Part shown: positions 1-13,076 of the stretch, one piece after another
Layout: the number at the start of each line of letters is the position of its first letter
Position numbering within the stretch: the stretch's first letter is position 1
From: Octopus sinensis
Lineage: Eukaryota
Direction of reading: 5' to 3'
DNA: 64,000 nucleotides
NCBI RefSeq assembly: GCF_006345805.1
Contig: NC_042998.1
Span: 83,948,001 to 84,012,000 of the forward strand
Translations under genes and position numbers: made by a program
Notes under the pieces: model-generated
The model's database searches: none
The model's input: only the letters and a program-made list of their open reading frames with translations
Told to the model about the DNA's origin: nothing

Positions 1-326
1 CTATTTCTACTGAACTTATTTAAAATTCAATATATCAAACCTGCATGCCATTAGTTCAGCTCCAGTATGGATTAAGTTTAACGTCTTTTACATTATAACA
101 CTCAAAGTTGTGTGTTACTTTATTGCTGAAAGTACATCCATCAAGTAGCGTTAGATTTAATCGACTAAACGTCTCACATTTTTTCTTGCTTGATTTTTAT
201 TTTTATTTATTTAATTTTTTTATTTTTTGCCAAGTCCAACTGAGGTCAGCTTAGTCTTTAATCCTGTCCGAGGTCGATAAAATAAAGTACTAGTCAAGCG
301 CCGACGTTATTGAGTAAACACTCAAA

Positions 327-722
327 GCGGCGAGCTGGCAGAAACGTTAGCACGCTGGGCGAAATGCTTTGCGGCATTTCGTCTGCCGCTACATTCTGAG
401 TTCAAATTCCGCCGAGGTCGACTTTGCCTTTCATCATTTCGGGGTCGATTAAATAAGTACCAGTTACGCACTGGGATCGATGTAATCGACTTAATCTGTT
501 TGTCTGTCTTTGTTTGTCTCCTCTATGTTTAGCCCCTTGTGGGTAGTAATGAAATAGGTATTTCGTCTGTCGCTACGTTCTGAGTTCAAATTCCGCCGAG
601 GTCGACTTTGCCTTTCATCCTTTCGGGGTCGATAAATTAAGTGCCAGTTACGTACTGGGGTCGTTCTAATCAACTGGTCCCTCCCCCAAAATTTTTCGGG
701 CCTTGTGCCTAGAGTAGAAAAG
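327..722 (+). mobile_element. tRNA-derived SINE family A, dimeric/tandem copy
   Basis: Head GCGGCGAGCTGGCAGAAACGTTAG, B-box-like GAGTTCAAATTCC and core GAGGTCGACTTTGCCTTTCATCCTTTCGGGGTCGAT. The body occurs twice here, and the family recurs many times in the window. Confidence 0.85.
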
Positions 723-775
723 GTTATTGAGCAAACACTCCATTCAAAATTGCTGGTCCCAAAATTAGAAACAAC

Positions 776-829
<54 letters not shown>

Positions 830-842
<13 letters not shown>

Positions 843-1075
843 TAGTTTTATTTTTATAGCGAGTTTTCACTTCGCTACCAGGACTTACAAATACATACAG
901 AAAATTGCACTACTGGGCACTGCACACATTCTACGCAAAACACTTTCAATACAGTAACCATAAAAGCATCACAGCAAACCACAGCACATACCCAAGGCAC
1001 ACAGAACAGCACTCGATAGTGTAGTGAAAGCAGGCTATAAAAATAAAACTACTGAATAATAATAATATTACTATT
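830..1075 (+). mobile_element. 3' end of an R4/Dong-like (RLE) non-LTR retrotransposon in a (TAA)n tract
   Basis: 895-957 translates IQKIALLGTAHILRKTLSIQ*, the typical C-terminus of R4/Dong-type ORFs. It is followed by a short 3' UTR and an (AAT)n tail, and lies next to (TTA)n at 781-838. Confidence 0.65.
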
Positions 1076-1317
1076 ATTATTTACTCAAAAGATATTACAT
1101 GCTAATTGAATTAGCTAGGATGTTATCTTGAGGTTTGTTGACAAGTCTCCTCAAATCTTAAAGATCTTTCTTTTCTGCTCGTCGACAATGCGTGTCTGAA
1201 TTCGAATACCCTTCAAACTTGAAGGCAGTAGTTGGAGTGTTGTTTGAAGTGCATAAATTTCCACAGGGACAATTGACACCTTTGTCTTCTACAATCTCTT
1301 CATTTCTCATCAAATGC

Positions 1318-1422
1318 TCTCTCTCTCTCTCTCTCCTCTCTCTCCTCTCTCTCTCTCTCTCCTCTCTCTCTCCTCTCTCTCTCTCTCTTCTCTTCTCTCT
1401 CTCTCTCTTCTCTCTCTCTCTC
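1318..1422. repeat. (CT)n microsatellite
   Basis: Direct reading. It explains the RE-repeat and SL-repeat ORFs at 1158-1535. Confidence 0.95.
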
Positions 1423-1799
1423 TGAATTATTATTGTTGTTGTTGTTGTAATGGTGGGGTAGTTGTAATATTTTGTTACTAAATCTAATACATCTACATTC
1501 ATCATCATCATCATCATCATCAATGTAATCGTCATCCCGAGGCGAAAATTATTGAAACGTAAATCTTGAAACCAAACAAATCAATTAATTAACTAATTAT
1601 AAAATAGTGTAAGAATGTTATAATACGGTAGTAAGTATTCTTTCTAAGCATGTGTGCGTGTGCATAAGTGTGTATGCATATGTGTGTGTGTGTGCATGTG
1701 TGTACAGGTATTGTACAGGTATTTAACGGTTATTATAATTAGCATTATCGGGTATTGAATATATATAATTTATAGAAAATAGGAATGGTGTTCAATGCG

Positions 1800-1857
<58 letters not shown>

Positions 1858-2618
1858 GGAGAGAGGTGGCTATTGCAGTCAAGCGTGACAGTATGATCAA
1901 GAATTATTATTTCAGTCATACATACACACATACATACATACATACATACATACATACATACGAACAACTTTTGTGGGTATAAAGAAATAAAAACGAGTTG
2001 CAAAAACAAAATACTTGAAATAGAATATTATTCTACTTCAAGAAACATTGAAAAACACCAATATTACAATTGTTTAGTTTCATCTCTTAATTTATAACAA
2101 TGGGAAGAAAGAACCTCACGAAAATTTACGCGTAAATAGAGAATATGAAGAAGTGGAGGGAAACGAAATGAGAAAAGGGGAAAATTAAGTTGGCGCAAGA
2201 GTGGACGGCTTATAAGGGAGAACGTTTATTTGTCGTATTTGATAGCGAAGAGATAAGCAAAGAAATTAAGAAGTTTGTAAAAGAGAGTGAGATTACTGGT
2301 TAAATAAAATGAAATGGCATATTGTAGGGCGAAAGTAGCTGTAGGATTGAGAAGGCAGGGTTAAGTAAGAACAATCTGGTTTATTACAATTCATATCCGA
2401 TAAAAACAATGTACAAAATTAGGAATTGTTGAATAAGGAAGTTTTGTAGAACTTCTATTGATAATCTAATGATGTTTATGATTTTTATTTTTGTAACAGG
2501 ATTAGGAAGAATTTAGCTCAAGATGTCCAGACTGAAGATAGGATTAAACCACCTCTCACATTATGGCAGTTTTTTCTGTGTTTGCTATTTTTTGCTTTTA
2601 ATATAGTTTTCTTTACCA

Positions 2619-2810
2619 TGGCGGCGAGTTGGCAGGATCGTTAGCATGCCGGACAAAATACTTAGTGGCATTTCGCTCGTCTTGATGTTTTGGGTTCAAA
2701 TTCCGCTGAGGTTGACTTTGCTTTTTATCCTTTCGGGGTCGATAAAACAAGTACCAGTCAAATACTGGGGGTCGATGTAACCCCACCCTCTCCCTAAAAT
2801 GTCAGGCTTC
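2619..2810 (+). mobile_element. SINE family A copy
   Basis: GGCGGCGAGTTGGCAG head and TTTTATCCTTTCGGGGTCGATAAAA core, as at 327-722. Confidence 0.8.
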
Positions 2811-3379
2811 TACTTTGGGTCAGCATGTATTTGTAGCATTTGTGGAAGCATATTCAGAAGATGAGATGCGAAGAAAACCAAGAGATTTTACAATTTGCAA
2901 GTGAAATGAACGAATTCAGTGGATTTTCTGTAAGTAGGAAGCTGTAAATTATCGAAGCTTACAGTGACATCTCAGACGCTAACTAAATTTATGTTTGTTT
3001 TGACCGTAATGTTTATGTTGAGGGCTTCAAATAACGTGTAAAGGATGAAGGTAAGTGTTGAAACCACAACGGATTAAAATTTTATCGAATTATAAACACA
3101 GCTGAGAATATAAGGAAACTTGATATGTAGAAATTTCAATATGTAACGACAGATGATATCATAAATCAACGAGTTTTTCAAACGCAAACTGACACTGGAT
3201 AGCTCAATCAACCACTGTCAGTATATGTAAATTTCTGATGGTTGTAGAAGAGTGAAATTTCATTCAGTCTGACGCCAAAGACAATTACTCTTGTATTTGT
3301 TAGTCCTTCCTCTTGCAAACTTTTACTTTCGCAAAAAAAAAAATAATAAAAGGAAACTTTCACAGCAGAACATCAAAAG

Positions 3380-3900
3380 TTAATATTATTCTACAAGTGG
3401 GATTGGTTATATTGTTCAATAATAATTGCCTACGGGTAAAATGCTATTCACTGTCTCTTCAACATCGGTAGGAGTTTCGAGAGTGAGTAAAAATTATATT
3501 TTCCTCCGGGTGTGATCTGAGAGAGATTAAATAATCTCTTTGTGCAAAGTGGTTGAAAGAGCTTATGCGTTGATGTAGTTTGCTCTTACACGGGTGTAAT
3601 CCGATGTAAGTCGCAATAATACTGTGTTTATTTCATAGTGGCTTGATACACGCGGCATTTACATATGCACTCACTATCTAAGGGACAATACTCAATGTTT
3701 CAATTATTACAATCATTACTACATTCAGAAGTTGATGGATAATTGAGGTTTTATTGTTATATCCGTGTTAAATTTTTCGAAAGTGTTCTGATTTGGGTTG
3801 CAAGATTCTTGGTGTGAACTCGTGTGCTGAAACAACTTTTGTTGTATCTCGGATGAGTCATTATGTCAATTATAAATGCAGGCATCAGTTCTATTTATCT
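3380..3900 (-). mobile_element. Decayed Penelope-like element, GIY-YIG region
   Basis: Minus-strand frames give CPLDSECICKCRVYQATM, LTSDYTRVRANY and SLSDH, resembling the PLE pattern CPLxGxC..YQAT..YIGLT..LSxHIW. Many stops and frameshifts. Confidence 0.5.
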
Positions 3901-4405
3901 TTTTATTATTAATCATTTGAGCCATTCAAAGAGTTAGATTCCTCAAAGTATTTTCGTCGCCATATGTGGCCTCATCAATGACACCCTCTCTATTCCAGAT
4001 CTGCTGCAGGTCTAAATTTATCTGATAACAATAGTAATGGACATTGCCGGGACATTGTCGGAACATTGTCGGAACATTGTCGATTGTTATTGCCGGTGTG
4101 AGTGTCTCCACCTAGAAACAACAAAGGAACAAAGCTCCATCGCTAGAAATTCCTTGACAAAAGTCATTAAGTGTAGAACTTTAGAAAAGTCTTGCATATA
4201 TTTACTGTTCCACTTACAGATTACTTATTAGTCATTTTCTTAGCCTAAAAACTCTCCCTTTTCGAAATTGTCACTTAAAAATGTTCCAACGACTAACATA
4301 GACAAGAGCATCAAATATACATTTATATATATATATTAATAGTAATGATAAGACAACAAAAGAATGGAAGAGACTTCGATATTATGTAAATAGAGGAATT
4401 TATCT

Positions 4406-4565
4406 GTAAGTATAATGTGTGACAATTATTCGGTTGCCATGATAAAACTCCAAGTTTCGGATGTCGGCGGAAACCTGAAGAGATGCCGGTGCAGATTTCC
4501 GCCCCGACATTCGAAACTCGGAGTTTCATCATGACAACCGAATAATTGTCACATACTATACTTAC
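4406..4565. repeat. Fold-back inverted repeat, about 68-bp arms and 22-nt loop
   Basis: GTAAGTATAATGTGTGACAATTATTCGGTTGCCATGAT..GGCGGAAA pairs with TTTCCGCC..ATCATGACAACCGAATAATTGTCACATACTATACTTAC. Confidence 0.85.
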
Positions 4566-4623
<58 letters not shown>

Positions 4624-5199
4624 AGGGAGAAAGAGAGAGTATCCATCTATCTAGTACTACGTCAAGTCCCATCTGTTACCAAACAGTCTAGTCGATGGCT
4701 TATTTCCTGAGAGCCACACATACTGGCTTCTCGTTTCAAAGACTACATTCGAGAAAACAAGTTTAATGGCTTTCTCTTCGTGATAAAACAACATTATATC
4801 CACAATTTTATCGTAACTTGATCTTTCATCTTCTTACAGTCGATTTGAATGCTGATAATGTAACAAAAAATAAACTAGGTGGTTATTTTGGTGAAAGCAA
4901 TTAGATATTTGTAAAATAAATAGAATAATAGACATTTCTTTTGTTTTGGGGGTGGTTTTGTTTTTGTATTATTTCTGGTCAGGATATCAACTTCCCATGG
5001 GAAGATGTGAAAGTAGTTTGTCATTTAACGAAATACAATTAGTTATTGGACCATCACCATTCCCATCATTTACATCGTCATCAGCATCAACAATGTCGGT
5101 GCTTATATGCAACGAAATAATAAAAAAAAAAAACGAACGAATCTGAAACTGAAGGTGCCTATAATAGCAGACGGTTATGGTGATGCTAATGTTGATATG

Positions 5200-6025
5200 A
5201 TAGCGGTGATGGCGACGGTGGTCATGCTGGAGGTGATAGTGATAGTAGTGGTGATGGTTGAGATGGTGGCGGTAGTGCTGGTGGTGAGGGTGGTAGTGGT
5301 GTTTTGATGATAGTAATGGTGGTGATTGTAACTGTGGTAGCAGTAGTGGCGGTAGTGGTGGTAGTAGTGATGGTAGTAACGGTGGTGGTAGTGGTGGCAA
5401 TGGTGGTGGTAGTCGTAGTGGTGGCAGCGGCGGTAATAGTAGTAGAATTAACGGTAACAGCGGTAGCAATAGTGGAGGAGGTGATGGAGGTAGTGAGAGT
5501 GGAAGCAACAATGGTAGCCAATTAGCGACAGAGATGGTGGTGGTGGTGGTGGTGGTGGTGGTGGAGATACTTGTGTGGGTGGTTTGCGCTGATGGTGAAG
5601 GTGGACATGATGACAGGAGATGTCAGTGTTTGAAAGCCAGTAGGTGGAGTTGCGTATATAAATAGTTGTAGTTAGAAAGCGAAATGACACAAATAGTAGC
5701 GGTAGAAGCAGCCGCAGAAGCTGTAGATGCGGCCATGTTTAATGTTGATATTGCTGTTGCTGCTTACAGCCCCAAATCAGCCCTGATCCATCAACCTTAA
5801 GGTCGAAAATATTCCAGCCGTGATCATCCGATTTGTTTTTGTTTTGTTTTGTCTTCCCGGGGAGAGTACAGTTAGGATTTCGTTATTGAATTTACTCTTC
5901 CTATTTTTAAGGAGAATATCTTATATGAAGTAGGCTTTGGCTGACATTTTTATTTTTTACATGTTGAGCAACTATATAAAGGCTTATTCGTTAGCCTGTT
6001 AATGTGCATAATAAGAGGGTTGATG

Positions 6026-6071
<46 letters not shown>

Positions 6072-6945
6072 CGACGATGACGATGATGATGACGATGATG
6101 ATGATGATTACGATGAGGAGGAGGAGGAGGATAGCGACAATGCCAACGATAATGATGAAGCCATTAATGATGGTGGTGACAATGACTACGACGATGATGA
6201 TTAACCTGACCATGATGTTGGTAATGGTGACGATGATAGCGACGATGATGACGATGGTAGCGACGACGACGATGATGATGATGATCATCATCATCATCAT
6301 CATCATGATCATGATAGCAACGATGATGACGGGGACTACGACGATAATTATGATGATGGTTAACAGGTTAATGACGATGACCATGTCGACGATATAATGA
6401 TAAAGACGGCGGTGACGTCAACGACGATAATGATGACGACAACGGTAGTGATGACGGCGACAACGATAACGACGACGACGATGGCGATAAGGACCATCAT
6501 CATCACTATCTCCATGATTATGATGATTGTAATATTAGAAAGGTAAGACATTATTTCGATATCAGTGTTTGCTGTAGTGTGAAGCAGATAAAAGACACAG
6601 CCATGAGATACCAATCTGATGCGGAGGTGAACTCAGCCGCTGGTAATTAAATTACCTTGTCCATAAATAGAATGAGTAACAACTGTTACGATAGAAACCG
6701 CTGACTTCCCGGCATTTTGATAATAATCATCCTCATCTTCTTCACTGTCATCATCAACGTCACCGTCATTATCATAATCATCGTCATCAACAAATTCATC
6801 ATAGGAATTATCTTCGTCTTGATCATCGTCATCATCGTTGTCAACATCATCGTCGTCATCATCATCATCATCATCGTCATCGTCGTCCTGGTCATCATTG
6901 ACATCGTCATCAACAACAACAATAACAACATCAGCAGCAGCAACA
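5200..6945. repeat. Compound trinucleotide low-complexity block: (GGT/AGT)n, (GAT/GAC)n and (CAT/CGT)n
   Basis: Direct reading. It accounts for the poly-V/T/D/M/I ORFs in the track. Confidence 0.9.
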
Positions 6946-7689
6946 ACAATCTGTCACCTGGTTTAATACTACTACCTGTCATCTTGGATGACTTTTAGCG
7001 AAGTCCATTTCGTTTGCAAGCTTTCGGAATCAGAGCTACAGTTTGAGGATACCTTCCTCCAACCCTTATTTCCTCCAACCCTTATTTCTGAAGGTTCCTA
7101 TGAAGGGTCGTGGGCAATGCCTTATCTCCTGTGAATGGGATACAAAAAAAAATGCATATGAAGACGGTCATAATGAGAGTGGCAGATAATAGGATTCTCA
7201 TAGTGATGTTGGCTATGATAATGAGGATGAGGAGAGAAGGAACTATTGGCGATGGTAATGGTGGGGGTCATATCACAAGAAAGGCAATGTTAAGTTGTCA
7301 GTAGTCCTCAAAAACCGCCTGAAAATCTTTTTTTGAAATACAGTCGTTTGCTCTCTGTGTCCTACTCCTCATTTTGGATGTGACTTTTATAGCAATGCTT
7401 TTTTTTTAATGGGAAAGGCCAGACATCCTGACCCAGGCACTCGATAGGGCATGCTCTATATTGTGCACGCAAAGCTTAACACCAAAACAGGTACCCTGAC
7501 ATTGTAGTCACCCACTACCACCCACTCTATGTTTTTCTCTCGACCCTTAGGTTTCATAAAGCCGGTTACATGGTTCCCGTCGGATATAAGTAACCGGAAA
7601 CATGAAATTCTTCCCGAAATCATAATATTGCCAGTCTGTTGCAGGGTTTTTAGGCAGCAATTTTTATGGGGAGGGGATAAATTGATATC

Positions 7690-7840
7690 ACTGACCCTCA
7701 ACACTTGGTCTGTATTTTATTTCAGTAACCCCGAAGGGATAAAAGGCAAAGTCGATCTCGCTGGGATTTGAATCCAGAACATGAAAAGCCAGAATAAGCA
7801 TTTCGTCCGACGTGCCAACGATCCTGCCAGCTCACCACTT
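7690..7840 (-). mobile_element. SINE family A copy
   Basis: CCCCGAAGGGATAAAAGGCAAAGTCGA..TTTGAATCCAGAAC..CTGCCAGCTCACC is the reverse complement of family A. Confidence 0.75.
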
Positions 7841-10074
7841 TGCTATATAATTATTCACACAAACTTAACGCCGAGACAGACATCAAGACGCTGCAGTCAC
7901 TCACTGCCAACCAAACCACATTGCATACACATCAACGAATGCACCAACATACTAGCAAAACTATAACGATACACAGACACAGTGACTGTGCAGCCTTCAT
8001 ACGACAAATATTTGTCTATTCACACGAATAATAAACACTGACCAATAAACAACAGACAAACGATCACACATATTCACTCCTCTTCAAACACAGCAAACAA
8101 ACTAGAAACACAACACTGGACAAAGCAACATATGGGAAACAACAGGCGAACTAACAAAGAAAAAACCATCATGATAATAGCGGTGAGGGGTGCAGAGGTG
8201 GTGTTGACGGCAGCGTTGATCAAGATTATTCTCATCCCCTCCTCTCTTCCTCATCATCGTTATTACCATTACCATGAAGAAAAATAATATTTAAAGCAAT
8301 ATTTACAAACACTAAAGTAATGCGGGGTTTTTTTTGTCAACAGTTCTCTGCGAAAAAATCCTCCAGCAGGATATACATGCATATATATGTATGTATTTAT
8401 TTTTATGTATGTATGTATTTTTATTTAGAGACAGGCTTCTGTTTGTGCCAAGAGTATTTCAGCTGTGTGAATTTTTCTACAATATTCTTATATTAAAAAA
8501 AGAAACAGGTTTCTGAGACGTTTATAGTGAAGTCTTAAAGTTATAGCTACCTTGAGGGTTCTTTGTGCTATTTATGTTTAGAAAGTGATGATTTGGATTA
8601 TACTCTTGGATGAATGCGACACTGAGTAAAACTGTGAAGTTTGTATCGGTGGGTAAGTTTCTCCATGTAGGCCGCATTCTTTGCCTGAACTGTAACGCAA
8701 CTATTATCTACCTGACCAATAAACCTCCTTGTATCGATGTCTAAGTGGGTTTTGTACCCCTTCACCACCACAACACAGGTTGTTAGTCTCTTAAAGAGAT
8801 TTGTCTTCAGTAAACCAATCAACTGGGTTATATCTTTCTAAACTCATAAATCCAGCCACTGAGCAAATAAGTAGAGGAATGGGAAGCACTCAGTGATGGT
8901 ACACATACAGTCATATCTGTATCCAAAAGCTATTTCCTATTGAGTTTACACAAACCTTTTAGTAATCTCGTTATAGTCAGTCTGGTTCGCCTATGTGGAT
9001 GCAGCTATGTATAAATATTTATGTATATATTTGTAAGAGGTAAGTTTAAGTATGCGTTTACGCATAGGAATTCTATATAAATCAAAACGCAGCCATTTTT
9101 TCTGTCCCATTTCTTAGGAAATCTTACTAAAACTTCTCGTATCCAGCGTAGCAATTTTTCATTTAGATATCAATCTCAATATGTTTTCTTTCAATTAGGG
9201 ACTAAGGAAATTCAATTGTAAATCAAACAGAGACGTTATTTATTCAGTGAAAAAATGCAGATATGTGTTATTCTCGCCTGCTATTTTGTTGTATTTGTCG
9301 ACAAAGTTAGCATAAATTCGTGAAATGATTTGTCGCTGATGAGTTGTTAACGAAGAAATTATTTTTAGATATTCAATAGCAACAATATCAATAATAGCGG
9401 CACCAACCAGTCTGATTTCTGTTGTCACCAACGCAAAGAAGAAATAGTAAGAAGCAGACCAAAACTTTAAGAATTCCAGTCTCCATACCAGGTTTCCTAA
9501 GTGTAGAAGACACGGCGTAGCAGCTTCATACATCTACATATCTTTGGCCTACGCTGCTCGACCTCAAAGCGTATTTTAGTAAATGCCCAAGATAGCTACT
9601 ACAAGACGTGTTGTTGTAGAAATAGACACAAGTAACACCAAACCAGGGTTCAATTCCGTTTTCTCGCTGGTGATGCTGGGAGCTAATCGATGGAAAATAA
9701 AGATACGAAGAGTATCATTTTCAATACGAATCTCTGTGGACAAACAATTTGTTGCTGTTGTTAGTGTTTAATCCAAGGACAGCCCTATTCGAGAAAATGG
9801 TTTCTACAAAGGCGTTCCAACTGTGACCATCTCTTCAATTCAGATACGTTTTATCTAAAATCATACTATGAACCACTGTAGGGTGGGATTTGGAGGGAGA
9901 TTTATCCACTACTTCAAGCAGGATATGAGAACACGTCGAGGTCTCTTTGTTACGGCCTCAGGGCTACCACGTTATTTTCGATTGCTTTAACATCTTTCAG
10001 AACTGAGCTGAATTTTTGCAGGAGCGAAGTGAAAGCTCAACAACAACACCAAAGGAACAATTCTTATTTCGTTT

Positions 10075-10238
10075 ATTCTTTTACTTGTTTCAGTCATTTG
10101 ACTGCGGCCATGCTGGAGCACCACCTTTAGTCGAACGCTACGACCCCAGGACTTATTCTTTGTAAGCCTAGTACTTATTCTAACCGTCTCTTTTGCCGAA
10201 TCGCTAAGTTTACGGAGACGTAAAAACACAGGCACAAA

Positions 10239-10278
<40 letters not shown>

Positions 10279-10442
10279 GACGGGTTTCTTTCAGTTTCCG
10301 TCTACCAAATTCACTCACAAGGCTTTGGTCGGCCCGAGGCTATAGTAGAAGACACTTGCCTAAGGTGCCACGCAGTGGGACTGAATCCGGAACCATGTGG
10401 TTGGTAAGCAAGCTTCTTACTACACAGCCACTCCTGCGCCTG
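10075..10442 (-). mobile_element. tRNA-derived SINE family B, full length, with CORE-like segment
   Basis: The minus strand has head GGCGCAGGAGTGGCTGTGTAGTAAG, B box GGATTCAGTCCC, ACCTTAGGCAAGTG (resembles the CORE-SINE ACCTTGGGCAAGT), an internal (TA)n and tail GGTGGTGCTCCAGCATGGCCGCAG. Further copies at 16830, 45700, 50074 and 63212. Confidence 0.85.
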
Positions 10443-11217
10443 TGTTTGTAAAACGAGTATGAATCTTACGATTCACAACTAAGCTGGTCCTTTTCTCGTT
10501 AAAATGATCCATTGAGGGAGTAATTTAACTTTAAATATTTATAGCCGATATAAATATTGGTTAGTTGAGCACATCAGTTCAAAACAATATAATAAAGCGT
10601 AAAAAATATAGTGCAAATTAAGTTATAAAACAAAATAGAGAAGGTGTGGAAGTAAAACGGAGGGGTGGGAGAAAGAAGGGAGAAGTGATATGCAGCGGGA
10701 AAAGAGAGAGAAGAGGGATGAGGTAAAAAAGTGCATGGGGGAGAGAGAGAATGGTAGAAGGGAATATGTTGAAGAGAGAGTATAGTAGAAGGTAATAGGT
10801 AGAGAACAGAGTAGGAGGAAAGATGATATAGGTAATGAGATAGACATATTCGAAAAGTTATTTGAAAAACAATGAAAATGATGCAATAAAGACGAGAATC
10901 ACCAATTAAAAGGTATTTATGCATTTTATGCATTTCGAAGAGTAAAACAAGGCTTTATCTTCGCCTCTTTAAACTTTTGTTTTATTGAGATGAATTAAAA
11001 TATTGAGATGAATTAAAGCATGAATTAATTATTTTTCGTTTCCAATCTAAACGGATTAAATAAAGCGTGAGTAAATACACACTCAGAAATATGTGCGTTT
11101 GTATAGATAGAGACTCGCACATAAATATACAAACCTATCCACACACATACATACTAAAATATATATGTATACATAAGAGGCCTAATCAAAATATGTCGGG
11201 GCTGGTGCTAAAAAAAG

Positions 11218-11470
11218 AAAACTATAACAAATATCTATTTCTTTACTACCCACAAGGGGCTAAACACAGAGAGGACAAACAAGGACAGACAAACGGATTA
11301 AGTCGATTACATCGACACCAGTGCGTAACTGGTACTTAATTTATCGACCCCGAAAGGATGAAAGGCAAAGTCGACCTCGGCGGAATTTGAACTCAGAACG
11401 CAGCGGCGGACGAAGTACCACAATGCATATCGCCCGGTGTGCTAACTTTTCTGCCAGCTGCCAGCTCGCC
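11218..11470 (-). mobile_element. SINE family A copy
   Basis: GGATGAAAGGCAAAGTCGACCTCGGCGGAATTTGAACTCAGAACG. Confidence 0.85.
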
Positions 11471-11474
11471 TATA

Positions 11475-12030
11475 ACAAATATCAATTCGGCATTTAGTCT
11501 CCTTTGAGGTCTCTCCCTTTCGAAGCCACACGCCTCAACCAGCGTCGTTTCTATTGATGGAAGAATTTCTGGAACTTTTTGGGGGAGGTAGAGAAGTTGC
11601 TTCAATGCATTCTTTTGGATTTCATCGACGTCTTGAAATCTTTTTTGAATTTTGGAAAGAGGAAAAAGTCGCAAGGGGCGAGATCGGGGGGATGCAATGG
11701 TTGCGGGACGTGGGAAATGCTGTGCTTGGTCAAAAGCTGCTGCACAAACTGCGCTGAATGAGCAAGTGCATTGTGATGGAGGAGTCGCCATTCAACGGAC
11801 TAGTACACTTCTATCCTTTTCCGACAGACAGCATCTCGCAAAAACCGCAACACGTCACTGTTGTACACTCTGTTTACTATCTGACCAGGTGGAGTATACT
11901 CGTGATGAACAATGCTCTTGTAGTCGATGATAACTAACAATAGTGTCATCACATTGCCTCGACTCATTCGTGTTTCCTTCAGTTTTGGAGAGGTTGGGAT
12001 CTTCCACTGCAAAGAACACATATCTTCACA
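11475..12030 (-). mobile_element. Mariner transposase pseudogene fragment, catalytic C-terminal half
   Basis: QWKIPTSPKLKETRMSRGNVMTLLLVIIDYKSIVHHEYTPPGQIVN, then after a frameshift HPPDLAPCDFFLFPK (YSPDLAP motif). Confidence 0.85.
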
Positions 12031-12702
12031 AATATATAAACTATATATCGATGAAAATATGTGTTCTAGTGGCTAGAGTATTGGACACAGGACCTTATGG
12101 CAGTAGCCTTTCTACCATACAGGAGAGGGGGTAGTTTGAGAAATGTAGTGCTTTCAATGTACTCCAGTCCACTCTGCGAGAAAATGAGTACAAATCTAGT
12201 TCTGGTACAGGTTTCACCACCCTATTCAGTCCTACTTCACCCTATCCAAGTCAACGAATATAGATTTTCCCCAGTGGAACAATCACACACCTCGACAGCA
12301 CAAGATCCCGTCATATTCGTCTTTACCACAGCATTTCCATTACTTACCACGGAGAATTACATAATTCGTTGTAATCTTAGTTGAGTCAACAAGTGAGTTC
12401 CTGCACGGTCTCTCGACCCTCTAAAACTAGCAGTTACATCTCCTTCAGACTATACCCGACAATTTTGAAAACTGGTGCGACGGCGGTCATGGTTGAGACG
12501 CATTTGAATGCAAAGCTACTATACCCGATCAGATCAGAGTTTGCTTTGCTTTTCATCCTCTTAGAGTCAATAAAAAGTATCAGTCTCTTCAATCATATTC
12601 ATAATAACAACCAAATTGGATATAGGAAATCTTAACATCATTCACTCTAAGTTTTTTTTTTGTTGATATATACACATATATATATATATATACATATATA
12701 TA

Positions 12703-12957
12703 CATGTATTTCATATAAATTAGTGTACATTTTTTATATACAAAAGGGGTGATCTTTAACAGGACACCTTACACGCAGTTAAAACCTAAACCATGAAGAA
12801 GTGTAATTTCAAAGGGAATGTTTTTATTTTCATTCGCTTTGAAATTACTCTTATTCGTGGTTTGGACTTAAACTGCCCTTCCTAGCATGTAAGGTGTCCT
12901 GTTAAAGGTCACCTCTTTTGTGTATAAAAACGTAGACTAATTTATATGAAAAATATG
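12703..12957. mobile_element. Palindromic MITE-like element, about 120-bp imperfect arms
   Basis: TTTCATATAAATTAGT..CAAAAGGGGTGATCTTTAACAGGACACCTTACA mirrors TGTAAGGTGTCCTGTTAAAGGTCACCTCTTTTG..ACTAATTTATATGAAA. The loop is near 12821-12830. Confidence 0.8.
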
Positions 12958-12965
12958 TTGTCTAA

Positions 12966-13032
12966 TCAAAAGGCAATAATTTATATTTGTGAATAAAATA
13001 AACTAATTACAGACTGTGTATTCTTCTATAAG

Positions 13033-13076
<44 letters not shown>

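Noticed and set aside
4946-6998. Many long ORFs rich in P, V, T, D, M and I
   Set aside because: They are translations of trinucleotide repeats, open in several frames on both strands, with no domain content.
8598-8822. 74-aa ORF with a possible AG..GT exon
   Set aside because: No recognisable motif. It may be a decayed transposon fragment, and the evidence is too weak to call.
9240-9771. 97-aa hydrophobic ORF and signal-peptide-like frames
   Set aside because: No recognisable family. The other frames are broken by stops, splice signals are inconsistent, and the length is within chance expectation.
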